Shown: piece after piece, positions 30,936 through 41,033 of the stretch | Position numbering within the stretch: the stretch's first letter is position 1 | How the letters are laid out: each line of letters opens with the position of its first letter | Assembly: GCA_965660945.1 (NCBI GenBank) | Contig: CBFIBS010000001.1 | Span: 63,961 to 127,960 of the forward strand | DNA length: 64,000 nt | Origin: Alphaproteobacteria bacterium | Lineage (GTDB): Bacteria; Pseudomonadota; Alphaproteobacteria; UBA7985 | Direction of reading: 5' to 3' | Notes under the pieces: generated by a model | Databases searched by the model: none | What the model was told of the DNA's origin: nothing | The model's input: only the letters and a program-made list of their open reading frames with translations | Made by a program: the position numbers and the translations under genes

Positions 30936-32795
30936 ATGAAGAAGTTCTTGCTAGTCGGAACTGCACTCGTGGGTGCTGTTGGCATCGCGGCAGCGGATTC
31001 CGTGGACGTGACGCTGGGTGCCAGCCTCGACATGGGTTGGGACTACGGCCTGGGTAAGGTCGCCTCTTCCTCCAACGGTTTCGGCATGCTGGCCCTCAGT
31101 GGCTACCAACAGATCACAGCCGAACTCGCGCTCGCTGGTACCACCGACGCCGGCCTGCGCTTCGGCGCTGAAGTTACGCTCTCGACAGCCGACGTCCTTC
31201 GCGCCCAGCCCTACGGGACAACGAGCTTTGCCCGCAAGTACGCTTTTCAACTGCGTAATAGCAGCAACGAGGTGAATATGCGGGGGGGTGGCTATAACAT
31301 CTCCGGGGGAGAGACCATATCGGCCGAGCAGATTGTCGCTGTAAAGATTAACTCGGAGTGGGCATCGAAGGAGGCTCCCGTCACGTCATACGCGCAGCAG
31401 CTTGATGGACTTGGAATCAACAACATCAGCAACATCTGCAAGCTTGCCGGGCGGTATGCCGATGATATGAACGGACGAGCAGCTACGGGATTCGGTTCGG
31501 CGCTCCCTGCCGGCGGTGCAGCTGTGGCACCAGTCTTCCGCACACTAGTCGGTAACGGCCGCGCCTTTGACGACGATATCCACGTCGATACAGGCGGCCT
31601 GTACGGACAGGTGCTGCGCCCAGGACAGTTCAAGGCCCAGCGTCAGATTTGGGCAACAGGCGCGGCCGGGGGTACAAACGTGGTGCCCCCACCTGTCGGT
31701 GGGCCGATAGGCGCCCGGATCTCGGTCAACCCTGTTCAGCCTTCGACCGTCGCAAGACCAGGCACCGCCGCTGCGGTATTCCAGACAGCTTTTCCAAGTC
31801 AGAGCTTCACAGCCAAGCAAATCGGCAGCAGCGGCTTTCCCCGGCTCTTAGCCTCTTCGGTTGCAAGCAGGTCCGCCACAGTTTTATTTTCACCAGGCAT
31901 CAACGAGCTCGCCGGTGAAAAAGTTAACCGCGCCAAGGTGTTCCTAGGCCCCTATATGAAAGCGCGGATGACCAGTTCCACGACAAAGCTGGTCGTTGGC
32001 GCGGTATGCCTCAGCCATCAACTTCAGCAGAGTGCGACACAGATCCACATGGATCTAGCCTCGCGCGTGCCGCAGGTGGGGAACGCATCAATCTTCGTCG
32101 AGGGCGGATTTGGCAAACTGACTTTGCAAAAGCACGCTTACCCCGGCGCAATCGATCCACTGGGGAACGCCGGCGACCGCGCAGGGATCGGCATTGATGG
32201 TGATAACGCCGGCCATAACCTCGGCAATGGGACTGGCTTACGCACAGCGATCGCAATTCTAGAAGACTTCTCCTTCCTAGGCCTTAAAGGATACGGCGCC
32301 GTTGATGTCTCAACTGTCAATCTGAGTGGTCGACCCAACTACATTCTGGGAACGTCCTTCGATTTGTTTGGACTGAAGATTGCCTTTGAAATCGAGGACA
32401 ATGTTGACCCCGATCCTGCAAACGAAAATCCTGAGGACGGCTACATCGACCATTGGGATGCAACCACAGGCCTTGAATGGCATGGTGTCGATTTAGACGT
32501 CGTGACGGATAGCGATGGCGACTGGGCGCTGGGGCTGGGATATGCCCTGTTCGGCTTCAGCGCAGAGGCGGTGATCGAGAACGTCGCCAAGGGCCAGAAC
32601 CAGAAGGCTGGCCTGAATATCGATGCGACGCTCGCTGCACAGATCGACGGTCTGGAAATCAACCTCAACCTGGATGAAGACCTCGCCTGGGGGCTCAGTG
32701 GCCGCTACAGCCTCGGCAATTCCGGGCTCGCGCTCTACGCCACCTATAACGCGAACGAAGCGGGCGGCTCCATCGGCTCCCGTCTGACCTTCTGA
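30936..32795 (+). CDS. large outer-membrane porin-like beta-barrel protein (619 aa) with signal peptide
   Basis: Signal peptide MKKFLLVGTALVGAVGIAAA/DS. Alternating-residue beta-strand pattern with Gly and aromatic-rich segments and a C-terminal ...SRLTF. Preceded by a 280-bp AT-rich promoter region. Confidence 0.6.
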   Translation: MKKFLLVGTALVGAVGIAAADSVDVTLGASLDMGWDYGLGKVASSSNGFGMLALSGYQQITAELALAGTTDAGLRFGAEVTLSTADVLRAQPYGTTSFARKYAFQLRNSSNEVNMRGGGYNISGGETISAEQIVAVKINSEWASKEAPVTSYAQQLDGLGINNISNICKLAGRYADDMNGRAATGFGSALPAGGAAVAPVFRTLVGNGRAFDDDIHVDTGGLYGQVLRPGQFKAQRQIWATGAAGGTNVVPPPVGGPIGARISVNPVQPSTVARPGTAAAVFQTAFPSQSFTAKQIGSSGFPRLLASSVASRSATVLFSPGINELAGEKVNRAKVFLGPYMKARMTSSTTKLVVGAVCLSHQLQQSATQIHMDLASRVPQVGNASIFVEGGFGKLTLQKHAYPGAIDPLGNAGDRAGIGIDGDNAGHNLGNGTGLRTAIAILEDFSFLGLKGYGAVDVSTVNLSGRPNYILGTSFDLFGLKIAFEIEDNVDPDPANENPEDGYIDHWDATTGLEWHGVDLDVVTDSDGDWALGLGYALFGFSAEAVIENVAKGQNQKAGLNIDATLAAQIDGLEINLNLDEDLAWGLSGRYSLGNSGLALYATYNANEAGGSIGSRLTF

Positions 32796-32868
32796 CACCG
32801 AAAACCGATCGTCCCCGAACATACCTTCATTGATCAATATTGCCTTTGGCCTGATGCGCGGCGGCAGA

Positions 32869-32916
32869 TTGACACCGATGTCGCATTTTTTTGAAATCAG
32901 TTTGACACCGGTGTCA
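32869..32916 (+). promoter_or_regulatory. two LacI-type palindromic operator sites (TTGACACCGATGTCGCA and TTGACACCGGTGTCA) upstream of aglE
   Basis: Direct repeat of a 14-bp palindrome (core TGACACCGGTGTCA, perfect in the second copy) with 33-bp centre-to-centre spacing, in the 517-bp leader of aglE. Confidence 0.45.
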
Positions 32917-33312
32917 TTCTGTGTTTCGCATATACGTGGGAGAGGAGCAATCGTGCGCGCCAATACAGCAAGCGCCCGGGTTCAGGCCGTCACTTTGATG
33001 GTGAAATCCAGCGATGCAAAACCGTGCCACAGCCGACAACCGCCCCAGCCGCTGCGGTGATTGTCGTCGAAGACAGAGATCCGGTGCGGCGGCGGCAGAC
33101 AACCCCCTCCCTACGAAACAACGCCAGGCCTTGGGGCGGCAGCAACCGCCTGAGTCTCGGCATCGATCTGCGTCGGCTCCTTGTCGTCGCGGGTGAAGTC
33201 CGACCCGGGCAAGACGCACGGCCCGGTGTGGAACGAAGCACAGAGAACCGCCGGCTTGGCGTGGTGCTTTGTGCAAACCAGCGCCCGGTTTCGGGCCATT
33301 TAGGAGGATAAC

Positions 33313-34650
33313 ATGCGTAAATTGTTTGTTGGCGGTCTGACTGGACTGACCGCTGTGGTCATGGGGGCGTCGTCCGCCATGGCAATGGACCACTGTAACA
33401 CCCCTTCGGGTATGCCAGAGCTTGCGAGCCTCTCCGGTGAAGTTGTCACCGTTGCCGGTCCGTGGGAAGGCCGCGACGAAGAGCTGGTAAACATGGTCTT
33501 TGACTGTTTCGAGAAGATCACCGGCGCTGACGTACAGTACAGCGGCTCGGGTGAATTCGAACAGCTGATCTCTACCTCTATCCGCGCCGGCAACGCCCCG
33601 AACGTCGCCGTATTCCCGCAGCCCGGTTTGGCTGCTGACATGGCTGCCGAAGGCGGTCTCGACCCACTGGGTGCTGACCTTGCTGCTTGGATGACCGACA
33701 ACTACGGCGCCGGCTCGTCCTGGGTTGACCTCGGCACCTACGCCGATGCTGACGGCAACGACCAGTTCTTCGCCTTCGCCTACAAGGTCGACGTCAAGTC
33801 GCTGGTCTGGTACTCGCCCGAGAACTTCGAAGACAACGGCTACGACATCCCTGAGTCCATGGAAGAGCTGATTGCTCTGTCCGACCAGATGGTTGCCGAC
33901 GGTCTCACCCCCTGGTGTATCGGCATCGAGTCCGGTGGCGCGACCGGTTGGACCGCGACCGACTGGATGGAAGACATCATGCTGCGCACGGCATCCCCTG
34001 AAGCCTACGACGCGTGGGTGTCTAACGAAATGCCGTTCAATAGCCCTGAAGTCGTCAACGCCATGGAAGTCTGGGGCTCCTTCAGCCGCAATGACGACTA
34101 TGTTGCGGGTGGTGCCGATGCTGTTGCCAGCATTTTCTTCGGCGATGCGCCAAACGGCCTGTTCACCACGCCAGCACAGTGCATGATGCACCGTCAGGCT
34201 TCCTTCATCCCATCGTTCTTCCCGAACCAGGGCCAGGAACTGGCTGATGGCGAAGCTGACTTCTTCTACTTCCCTGCTTTCGCTGAAGGCGATCTGGGCA
34301 AGCCAGTTCTGGGCGCAGGCACCCTGTGGGCGTCTCCAAACATGACGGACGCCACCATGGAGCTGTTCAACTACCTGACCTCCGCCGGTGCGCACGAAAT
34401 CTGGATGGCACAGTCCGGCTTCCTCACCCCACACCTGGGTGTTGATGCTTCAGCTTACGCAAACGACGCGCTGCGTGGTCAGGGCGAAATCCTGGCGAAC
34501 GCAACCACGTTCCGCTTCGACGCCTCTGACCTGATGCCTGGCCCAATCGGCGCTGGTGCCTTCTGGACCGAAATGACCGCTTTCGCGAACGGTCAGGACG
34601 CCCAGACCACTGCCGAAAACATCCAGGCTGCATGGGACGCCATCAAGTAA
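33313..34650 (+). CDS. aglE: alpha-glucoside ABC transporter substrate-binding protein
   Basis: Signal peptide and a family-1 sugar-binding fold. GGAGGA RBS. Gene order matches aglEFGA. Confidence 0.8.
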   Translation: MRKLFVGGLTGLTAVVMGASSAMAMDHCNTPSGMPELASLSGEVVTVAGPWEGRDEELVNMVFDCFEKITGADVQYSGSGEFEQLISTSIRAGNAPNVAVFPQPGLAADMAAEGGLDPLGADLAAWMTDNYGAGSSWVDLGTYADADGNDQFFAFAYKVDVKSLVWYSPENFEDNGYDIPESMEELIALSDQMVADGLTPWCIGIESGGATGWTATDWMEDIMLRTASPEAYDAWVSNEMPFNSPEVVNAMEVWGSFSRNDDYVAGGADAVASIFFGDAPNGLFTTPAQCMMHRQASFIPSFFPNQGQELADGEADFFYFPAFAEGDLGKPVLGAGTLWASPNMTDATMELFNYLTSAGAHEIWMAQSGFLTPHLGVDASAYANDALRGQGEILANATTFRFDASDLMPGPIGAGAFWTEMTAFANGQDAQTTAENIQAAWDAIK

Positions 34651-34674
34651 GGTACGGCAACCCGTGAACAAAGG

Positions 34675-34692
34675 CCCGGACCGGCGTCCGGG
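34675..34692 (+). terminator. stem-loop (CCCGGAC-cggc-GTCCGGG) after aglE, possible attenuator
   Basis: 7-bp GC stem 25 nt after the aglE stop with no U-tract, so weak. Confidence 0.25.
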
Positions 34693-34792
34693 TCACTCCG
34701 GAAAAGAGTCTGGCCGCGATTGCTCAGGTCAGACCCTTTTTCCCGCCATTCAGCGATATCCCAATCGCCCATAATTCTGCTTTAAAGGCACT

Positions 34793-36031
34793 ATGAGCCC
34801 GTCACCCACCGCCCCGTCTCAGTTCACCCCGATCCGGCAGCGTCGTTATCGTCTGCCGACGCTGGGCAACGCGACCGCGCTGCTGCTGACAATCGTGATT
34901 GTTCTGCCTGCTGCTGCCTTTGCACTTTTCGCGCTGACTTCGGTGCTCGATAGCCTGCTGGTCAGCGTGCCCGCCTTTCAGGCCGACGAGTTTGGCCGGG
35001 CAACGGACAACCAGCAACTCTACCTAACGCTATCCCGCATTCTGTTCGCCGTTCGGGTAATCACGATCGCTGTGGCGCTTAGTTTTGGCTACTACGCCCT
35101 CGCCTCGTGGCTGAATTTTGCCGGCGCGGGCGTCTTTGCCCGCAGCATGCAGGGACGCAACCGCGTGGTTGAAGCGATCCAGCCGTGGATCTTTGTCGGC
35201 CCTGCCGTGGTGCTGCTCAGCCTGTTTCTCATCTACCCGACGCTGGAGACCCTGCGGCTCAGCTTCGTTGGCGATGAGGGTTATAGTTTCGAGAACTACC
35301 GTTTTATCTTCGCCAGCAACCAGTTCTGGATCGCGATCCGCAACAGCGTGCTGTGGCTGGCGGTGGTGCCGGCGGCCTGCGTCGTGCTGGGGCTGATCAT
35401 CGCCGTTCTGACCGACAGCGTTCGCTGGGGTGTGATCGCCAAGAGCTTCATTTTCGTCCCACTGGCGATCAGCTTCGTCGGTGCGGCCGTGATCTGGCGC
35501 AACATCTACGCCAGCGGCGGGATCGAGCCCACCGACATCACCCCGGGCTTTCAACTCGGACTGCTCAACGCCCTACTCGGGCGCAGCGCCGATGATGGCC
35601 TGTTCTTCTACGAGGTCGAGTTCTGGGGCAATTTCTTCATGATGACGATTCTGATCTGGATCCAGACTGGCTTCGCCATGGTGATCTTTTCTGCAGCTCT
35701 CCGCGGCGTGCCCGAAGACACCATAGAGGCTGCCAAGATCGAGGGTGCCAACCCCTTCCAGATCTTCACGCGCGTTCAGGTTCCCCAGATCTACAGCACC
35801 GTGGTCGTGGTCTGGACCACGATCACCATTATCGTGCTCAAGGTCTTCGACATCCCCTACGCCCTGACCGCGAACAAGGACGACAAGCTGCTGCTCGCGA
35901 CCTTCATGCGCATCGTTCAGGACAAGTTCCGCGATGAGAACCAGGCCGCGGCCATCGCCATCATTCTGATGCTGACCGTGGTGCCGATCATGGCCTTTAA
36001 CATCTGGCGCATGCGCCAGGAACAGCGCTAG
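34793..36031 (+). CDS. aglF: alpha-glucoside ABC transporter permease
   Basis: MalF-like permease with a long N-terminal extension and an EAA loop. Confidence 0.8.
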   Translation: MSPSPTAPSQFTPIRQRRYRLPTLGNATALLLTIVIVLPAAAFALFALTSVLDSLLVSVPAFQADEFGRATDNQQLYLTLSRILFAVRVITIAVALSFGYYALASWLNFAGAGVFARSMQGRNRVVEAIQPWIFVGPAVVLLSLFLIYPTLETLRLSFVGDEGYSFENYRFIFASNQFWIAIRNSVLWLAVVPAACVVLGLIIAVLTDSVRWGVIAKSFIFVPLAISFVGAAVIWRNIYASGGIEPTDITPGFQLGLLNALLGRSADDGLFFYEVEFWGNFFMMTILIWIQTGFAMVIFSAALRGVPEDTIEAAKIEGANPFQIFTRVQVPQIYSTVVVVWTTITIIVLKVFDIPYALTANKDDKLLLATFMRIVQDKFRDENQAAAIAIILMLTVVPIMAFNIWRMRQEQR

Positions 36032-36042
36032 GAGGCCGAGGT

Positions 36043-37341
36043 ATGAGTGCACCGTCTGAGCAGCGCATGTCACCGCTCAAGCTCTTCGCCCATATCGCAG
36101 TGCTGGCCATCGTCATCCTGTGGGTGGTACCGTTCATCGGCCTTGCCACCACTTCGATGCGCCCGCAGAAGGACGCCAACGAAACCGGGTTCTGGCGCGC
36201 CTTTACCAGCATGGAACGGGGCCACGCCATCCGCACACTGGGCGGCGCGGAAGAGGGCTCGACGCTGATCGAAGGCAATATCTTCGACGACATCCGAAGC
36301 GCGCAGGACATCGACTTCGTGAAGGCCAACGAGCGCTCGCCGAACGCCCTGATCCCACGCGAAATGCCGATCGAGGGCGAAGTCACCGGCATCCTCGTGA
36401 TCGAGCGCGTGCCGGACCCGGCCGACCCTGACAAGACCGTCCGGCAGCAAGTCATCAAGCAGCCCGGTGAGACCTTCGAGGTCAAGAAGGGCCAGTTTAC
36501 CTACCAAGCCGACGGCAGCTACCAATGGGCCTTTGAGAAACCCTACAGCGGCAAGGGTAAGAAGCTCAGCGTCTTCATCCAGCAGCGTCCGCAGTTCGGC
36601 TGGAACTCCTACGTGCAGGTGCTGACCAACCGGCAAGTGCCCAACGCCCTGATCAGCAGCTTCATCGTCACCATCCCGGCGACCATCATCCCAATCATGA
36701 TCGCCGCCTTCGCCGCCTATGCCTTCGCATGGATGACCTTCCCCGGCCGAGACTGGATCTTCGTGATCGTTGTGGCGCTGCTTGTTGTCCCGCTGCAGCT
36801 GGCCTTCTTGCCGGTGCTGACGGGTTTCACGCAGGCGGCCAGCCTCGGCACCTGGCTCAATGAGTGGCTGACCGATTGCGAGGCGAGCAACTCGTGCAAG
36901 GTCAGCAGCGCGAACTTCGCCACGCTGTGGATTTCCCATACGGCCTTCGGCCTGCCGCTGGCGATCTACCTGCTGCGCAACTACATCGGCAACCTGCCCC
37001 GGGAGGTGCTGGAGAGCGCGCGCATCGACGGTGCCTCGCACCTGCAGACGTTTCTCCGTATTATTCTGCCGCTGAGTGTGCCGGCGCTGGCCAGTTTTGC
37101 TATCTTCCAGTTTCTTTGGGTCTGGAACGACCTGCTGGTCGCGCTATACCTCGGTCCCGATGGCGAAACCGACCGGGTGCTGCCGCGGATCATTCAGTCG
37201 CAACTGGGCACCTTCAAAAGCCAACTGCACCTGCTCAATGCCAGCGCGGTCATCTCCATGATAGTGCCCCTGATTGTCTTTCTGTCACTCCAGCGATACT
37301 TCGTACGGGGCCTGCTCGCCGGGTCGGTCAAGGGTGGCTGA
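36043..37341 (+). CDS. aglG: alpha-glucoside ABC transporter permease
   Basis: MalG-like permease with a large periplasmic loop. Confidence 0.8.
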   Translation: MSAPSEQRMSPLKLFAHIAVLAIVILWVVPFIGLATTSMRPQKDANETGFWRAFTSMERGHAIRTLGGAEEGSTLIEGNIFDDIRSAQDIDFVKANERSPNALIPREMPIEGEVTGILVIERVPDPADPDKTVRQQVIKQPGETFEVKKGQFTYQADGSYQWAFEKPYSGKGKKLSVFIQQRPQFGWNSYVQVLTNRQVPNALISSFIVTIPATIIPIMIAAFAAYAFAWMTFPGRDWIFVIVVALLVVPLQLAFLPVLTGFTQAASLGTWLNEWLTDCEASNSCKVSSANFATLWISHTAFGLPLAIYLLRNYIGNLPREVLESARIDGASHLQTFLRIILPLSVPALASFAIFQFLWVWNDLLVALYLGPDGETDRVLPRIIQSQLGTFKSQLHLLNASAVISMIVPLIVFLSLQRYFVRGLLAGSVKGG

Positions 37342-37423
37342 CCCCTCGCCATAGCGCGCGGGAGGGCTACCCCAGTTTCCCACGCCAAAACAAGAACAAT
37401 TCCAACAAGGTCAGAACGTCAAC

Positions 37424-38998
37424 ATGTCGCAAAATTGGTGGGATAACGCCGTCATCTATCAGATCTACCCGCGCAGCTTCGCCGACAGCAATGGCGATGG
37501 CGTCGGCGACCTCAACGGTATCACTGGCAAGCTGGACTACATCGCTGATCTGGGCGTCGATGCCATCTGGATCAGCCCGTTCTTCGTCTCGCCGATGAAG
37601 GATTTCGGCTACGACGTCGCCGACTACCGCGCTGTGGACCCGATCTTTGGCACCAACGCAGACTTTGACCGCTTGCTCGAGCAAGCGCATGCCCGGGGGC
37701 TGAAGGTGCTGATCGACATGGTGCTCGCGCACTGCTCGGACCAGCACCCCTGGTTCGTGGAAAGCCGCACCAGCCGCGACAACCCCAAGGCGGACTGGTT
37801 CTACTGGCTCGACCCCAAGGAGGATGCCACTGAACCGAACAACTGGATGAGCTTTTTTGGTGGCCGTACCTGGACCTGGAACACGGCCCGGCAGCAGTAC
37901 TATTTTCACAACTTCCTGCCCAGTCAGCCCAACCTCAACCTCTCCAACCCCGAGGTGCTCGACGCCATGATCGACACCTGCCGGTTCTGGCTGGATAAGG
38001 GCGTGGACGGCTTCCGGCTTGATGCCATGCACACCGCCAAGCTGGATAACGACTGGACCGATAACAGCCCGCGTCCGCGCCCAGGCGGAGCACGGCCCGA
38101 ACGCGAGTTCGACTATCAGGCGCAGGACAGCGCGCAACTCAACCAGCCGAGCATCCAGATCCTTTCTACCCGGCTGCGGGCCTTGGTCGACGAGTACGGC
38201 GACCGTTTCCTCATGGGCGAGCTCGACGGCGAGGACGCTGTCGCGGTCTCCAAGACCTTTACCGAGCCGGGCCGACTGCACTCGACCTACAACTTCAACC
38301 TGCTGCGGATGGAGGGAAGCACCGTGGCGGAGGTGCGGCACATCATCGGTGATCTCGCGCGGAACTTCAACGACAGCAACGCCATTTCGGTGGCCTGGTC
38401 CAACCACGACATCGCCCGGGTCTACGACCGCATGAAGCGCCGGATCGACGTGCCAGAAGCCTATGCCGACGACTTCGCGCACATGCTGTTCCAGCTGTCG
38501 ACCAGCCTGATCGGTTCCACCTGCGTCTATCAGGGCGAGGAACTGGGCTTGGACGATGCCGACCGGCTTACGCAGGATCAGCTGCAGGACCCCTGGGGCG
38601 TGGCGCGTTACTCGGACACCTTCAAGGGGCGCGATACCTGCCGCACGCCCATGCCCTGGACCCAAGCCCTGCCCAACACCGGGTTCAGCGGTGACGACCT
38701 CGTCGAAAGCTGGTTGCCGGTAGACGAACGCCACAAATCCAAGGGCGGATTGGACCAGCAGGGCAAGCAGGGCTCCATGTTCGAGCGAAACAAGGGCCAC
38801 CTCAGTTGGCGTCGAAACCAGCCGGCGCTCACACGCAACGGCCAGATCCAGCTCATCGATGGCGGGGATAATGTAATTGCCTTCAATCGGTTGAGCCACG
38901 ACCAGTCCGACACTATGCTGTGCCTGTTCAACTTTTCGTCGCAGGCGCAGTCTGTGGAGGGTGTTGACATCCCCCCCTGGTCATCCGCCTTCCGCTGA
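37424..38998 (+). CDS. aglA: alpha-glucosidase (GH13, oligo-1,6-glucosidase/sucrose-isomerase-like)
   Basis: GH13 conserved regions (DAIWISPFF, GFRLDA, EL.GED, NHD). Confidence 0.85.
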   Translation: MSQNWWDNAVIYQIYPRSFADSNGDGVGDLNGITGKLDYIADLGVDAIWISPFFVSPMKDFGYDVADYRAVDPIFGTNADFDRLLEQAHARGLKVLIDMVLAHCSDQHPWFVESRTSRDNPKADWFYWLDPKEDATEPNNWMSFFGGRTWTWNTARQQYYFHNFLPSQPNLNLSNPEVLDAMIDTCRFWLDKGVDGFRLDAMHTAKLDNDWTDNSPRPRPGGARPEREFDYQAQDSAQLNQPSIQILSTRLRALVDEYGDRFLMGELDGEDAVAVSKTFTEPGRLHSTYNFNLLRMEGSTVAEVRHIIGDLARNFNDSNAISVAWSNHDIARVYDRMKRRIDVPEAYADDFAHMLFQLSTSLIGSTCVYQGEELGLDDADRLTQDQLQDPWGVARYSDTFKGRDTCRTPMPWTQALPNTGFSGDDLVESWLPVDERHKSKGGLDQQGKQGSMFERNKGHLSWRRNQPALTRNGQIQLIDGGDNVIAFNRLSHDQSDTMLCLFNFSSQAQSVEGVDIPPWSSAFR

Positions 38999-39009
38999 GA
39001 CACAGAACC

Positions 39010-40065
39010 ATGCCGACGATCTACGATGTAGCACGCAAAGCCGGGGTTTCGCCGAAGACCGTAAGCCGGGTTCTGAACAAAGAGCCGAATGTACGCCAGA
39101 CGACGTTGGAGGCCGTGCAGCGGGCGATCGAGCACCTGGACTACCGACCTTCCACCGCTGCCCGTCTGATGAAAAGCCAGCGGACGCGCGTGGTGGGCTT
39201 TCTTACCGACCGTGTCGTGACATCACCCGAAGCCAATGCCATCGCGCGCGGGGTCTCCGAAGCTGCTCAGGCCGAGGGCTACACGGTGATCTTCCTCAAC
39301 GAGCTGTCTTCGAATGCGCCACTGGTCGGGCATGCGGTCAACCAGCTGATCGACCTGAATGTCGACGGCATGATCTACGCCTCCCACCTGCTCCGTCAGA
39401 TCGACGTCTCAGGCTATGCCGACCGGAGCAAGCCACTGGTTCTGGCGAACTGCTTCAGCGCCGAGAATACCTATACCTCCGTGATCCCCGACGACTACCG
39501 AGGCGGCCAGCTGGCTGGCGAAATGATCATCGAAAAGGGTCACCGGAGCGTCACCATGCTCAACCTCGACAAACCGAGCATTGCCGCAGGTGACCGCGCT
39601 GCGGGGTTCCGGAGTGCCTTTGCCGCAGCCGGCCTGCCTGCGCCCGAGGTCATTACCTCGATTTTTGAAGACGCAGGCAGCTGGGAAGAACACCGACATG
39701 TGCCCGGCATTCTGGACGAGGTACTTGCGCGGGCCGATCGCCCTTCGGTGCTGTTCTGCGGCAACGACAAACTCGCCATGGTCGTCTACGGCCTGCTGGC
39801 TCAGCGCGGTCAGCGTGTGCCGGACGATATATCCGTCGTCGGCTACGACGATTTCCCCCACATCTGCCAACTGCTGCGTCCACGCCTGAGCTCGGTTTCC
39901 ATCGCCCACGACGTCATCGGGCAGCGTGCCTTCACCGAACTGTTCCGGCAGCTCAACGGCCTCACCGAAACCCCGCTTGTTGCTGCCGCCCCCGGCCCTG
40001 CCCCGATCAAGGTCGCAGGCGCGCCCTTTGCCCGCGCGTCCCTGTCTCAACTGGAATCGACCTGA
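39010..40065 (+). CDS. LacI-family transcriptional regulator
   Basis: N-terminal HTH TIYDVARKAGVSPKTVSRVLN plus a periplasmic-binding-like sugar domain. Likely repressor of the adjacent agl operon. Confidence 0.8.
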   Translation: MPTIYDVARKAGVSPKTVSRVLNKEPNVRQTTLEAVQRAIEHLDYRPSTAARLMKSQRTRVVGFLTDRVVTSPEANAIARGVSEAAQAEGYTVIFLNELSSNAPLVGHAVNQLIDLNVDGMIYASHLLRQIDVSGYADRSKPLVLANCFSAENTYTSVIPDDYRGGQLAGEMIIEKGHRSVTMLNLDKPSIAAGDRAAGFRSAFAAAGLPAPEVITSIFEDAGSWEEHRHVPGILDEVLARADRPSVLFCGNDKLAMVVYGLLAQRGQRVPDDISVVGYDDFPHICQLLRPRLSSVSIAHDVIGQRAFTELFRQLNGLTETPLVAAAPGPAPIKVAGAPFARASLSQLEST

Positions 40066-40097
40066 AACCGGCCATGGGAGGCCAGCGCGGCGTCTGA

Positions 40098-41033
40098 TCA
40101 GGCCCGGCGCAGCCCCCGGACAGCTTTCAGATGGGCGAGGATCAGCGCATCACGCTCTGCGCTGAGTTCTTCCAGCGAACAGCCCTGCGCCTCATCTGCC
40201 AGACCGCTGGCGAGGACAGCGCCGGTTTCTGCATCCAGCCGAGGTTCGCCAAGGTCATCCCACCAGCGATGGAAGCTGGCCGCATAGCGATCACAGAAGG
40301 CCTCCATGCCGCCCTCTCCAGCCCCCAGATTGAAAAGCATGTGCGGCCCCATGGCACCCCAGCGTAGCCCGGGTCCGGCCCAAACCGCTGTATCAACATC
40401 TTCCACCGTCGCCACGCCCTCTTTCACCAGATGCACGGCCTCACGCCACAGCGCGGCTTGCAGGCGGTTGGCAACGTGTCCGGGCACCTCTTTGCTGACG
40501 CGAATGGTGACCTTGCCGACTTCCTCGTAGAAGGCCTCAGCAGCATCGATCGCCTCGGGTGCCGTCTGCTCATTGCCGATGACCTCGACCAGTGGGATCA
40601 GGTGGGGCGGGTTGAAGGGGTGCCCGAGAACGAAGTTTGACGGATCCTTCCAGCCAGCCTGCATCTCGCGCACCATCAGCCCCGAAGCCGACGAAGCGAC
40701 GATGCAGTTGTCTTTCAGACAGGGCTCGATCCGGCCGAAGGCGTCGAGCTTGAGATCAAGCCGCTCGGGCAGATTCTCTTGCACGAAATCGGCATCTTCG
40801 ACGGCGGCTTCCAGTGACCGTGCAACGCAAAAAGCGCCGCGCCTCCCATCCTGCGCCAATCCAAGTTCGAGGAGCGTGGGCCAGGCGCGATCGACGTAGT
40901 TGGTGACCTTTTCCGGCGCCTGTTCGTCAACATCAAAGACGCAGACATCCTTGCCTGCAGCCAGAAACAGCGCCGTCCAGCTCGCGCCGATGACCCCGCC
41001 CCCGAGGACAGCCGTTTTGTTGAATTCGCTCAT
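40098..41033 (-). CDS. 3-hydroxyacyl-CoA dehydrogenase-family NAD-binding protein (L-carnitine dehydrogenase-like)
   Basis: Rossmann GGGVIGASW plus a 3HCDH C-terminal domain. 311 aa from Met34 of the ORF. Start overlaps the upstream SDR stop (ATGA). Confidence 0.75.
   Translation of the reverse strand: MSEFNKTAVLGGGVIGASWTALFLAAGKDVCVFDVDEQAPEKVTNYVDRAWPTLLELGLAQDGRRGAFCVARSLEAAVEDADFVQENLPERLDLKLDAFGRIEPCLKDNCIVASSASGLMVREMQAGWKDPSNFVLGHPFNPPHLIPLVEVIGNEQTAPEAIDAAEAFYEEVGKVTIRVSKEVPGHVANRLQAALWREAVHLVKEGVATVEDVDTAVWAGPGLRWGAMGPHMLFNLGAGEGGMEAFCDRYAASFHRWWDDLGEPRLDAETGAVLASGLADEAQGCSLEELSAERDALILAHLKAVRGLRRA

Noticed and set aside
32830-33060. 76-aa ORF in the aglE leader
   Set aside because: TTG start, no RBS, and it contains the two palindromic operator sites; better explained as a regulatory leader.
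32914-34434. 506-aa minus-strand ORF overlapping aglE
   Set aside because: Antisense artefact. aglE has a signal peptide, a perfect RBS and operon context.
36070-38899. Minus-strand ORFs (323 and 510 aa) opposite aglG and aglA
   Set aside because: Antisense GC-frame artefacts.
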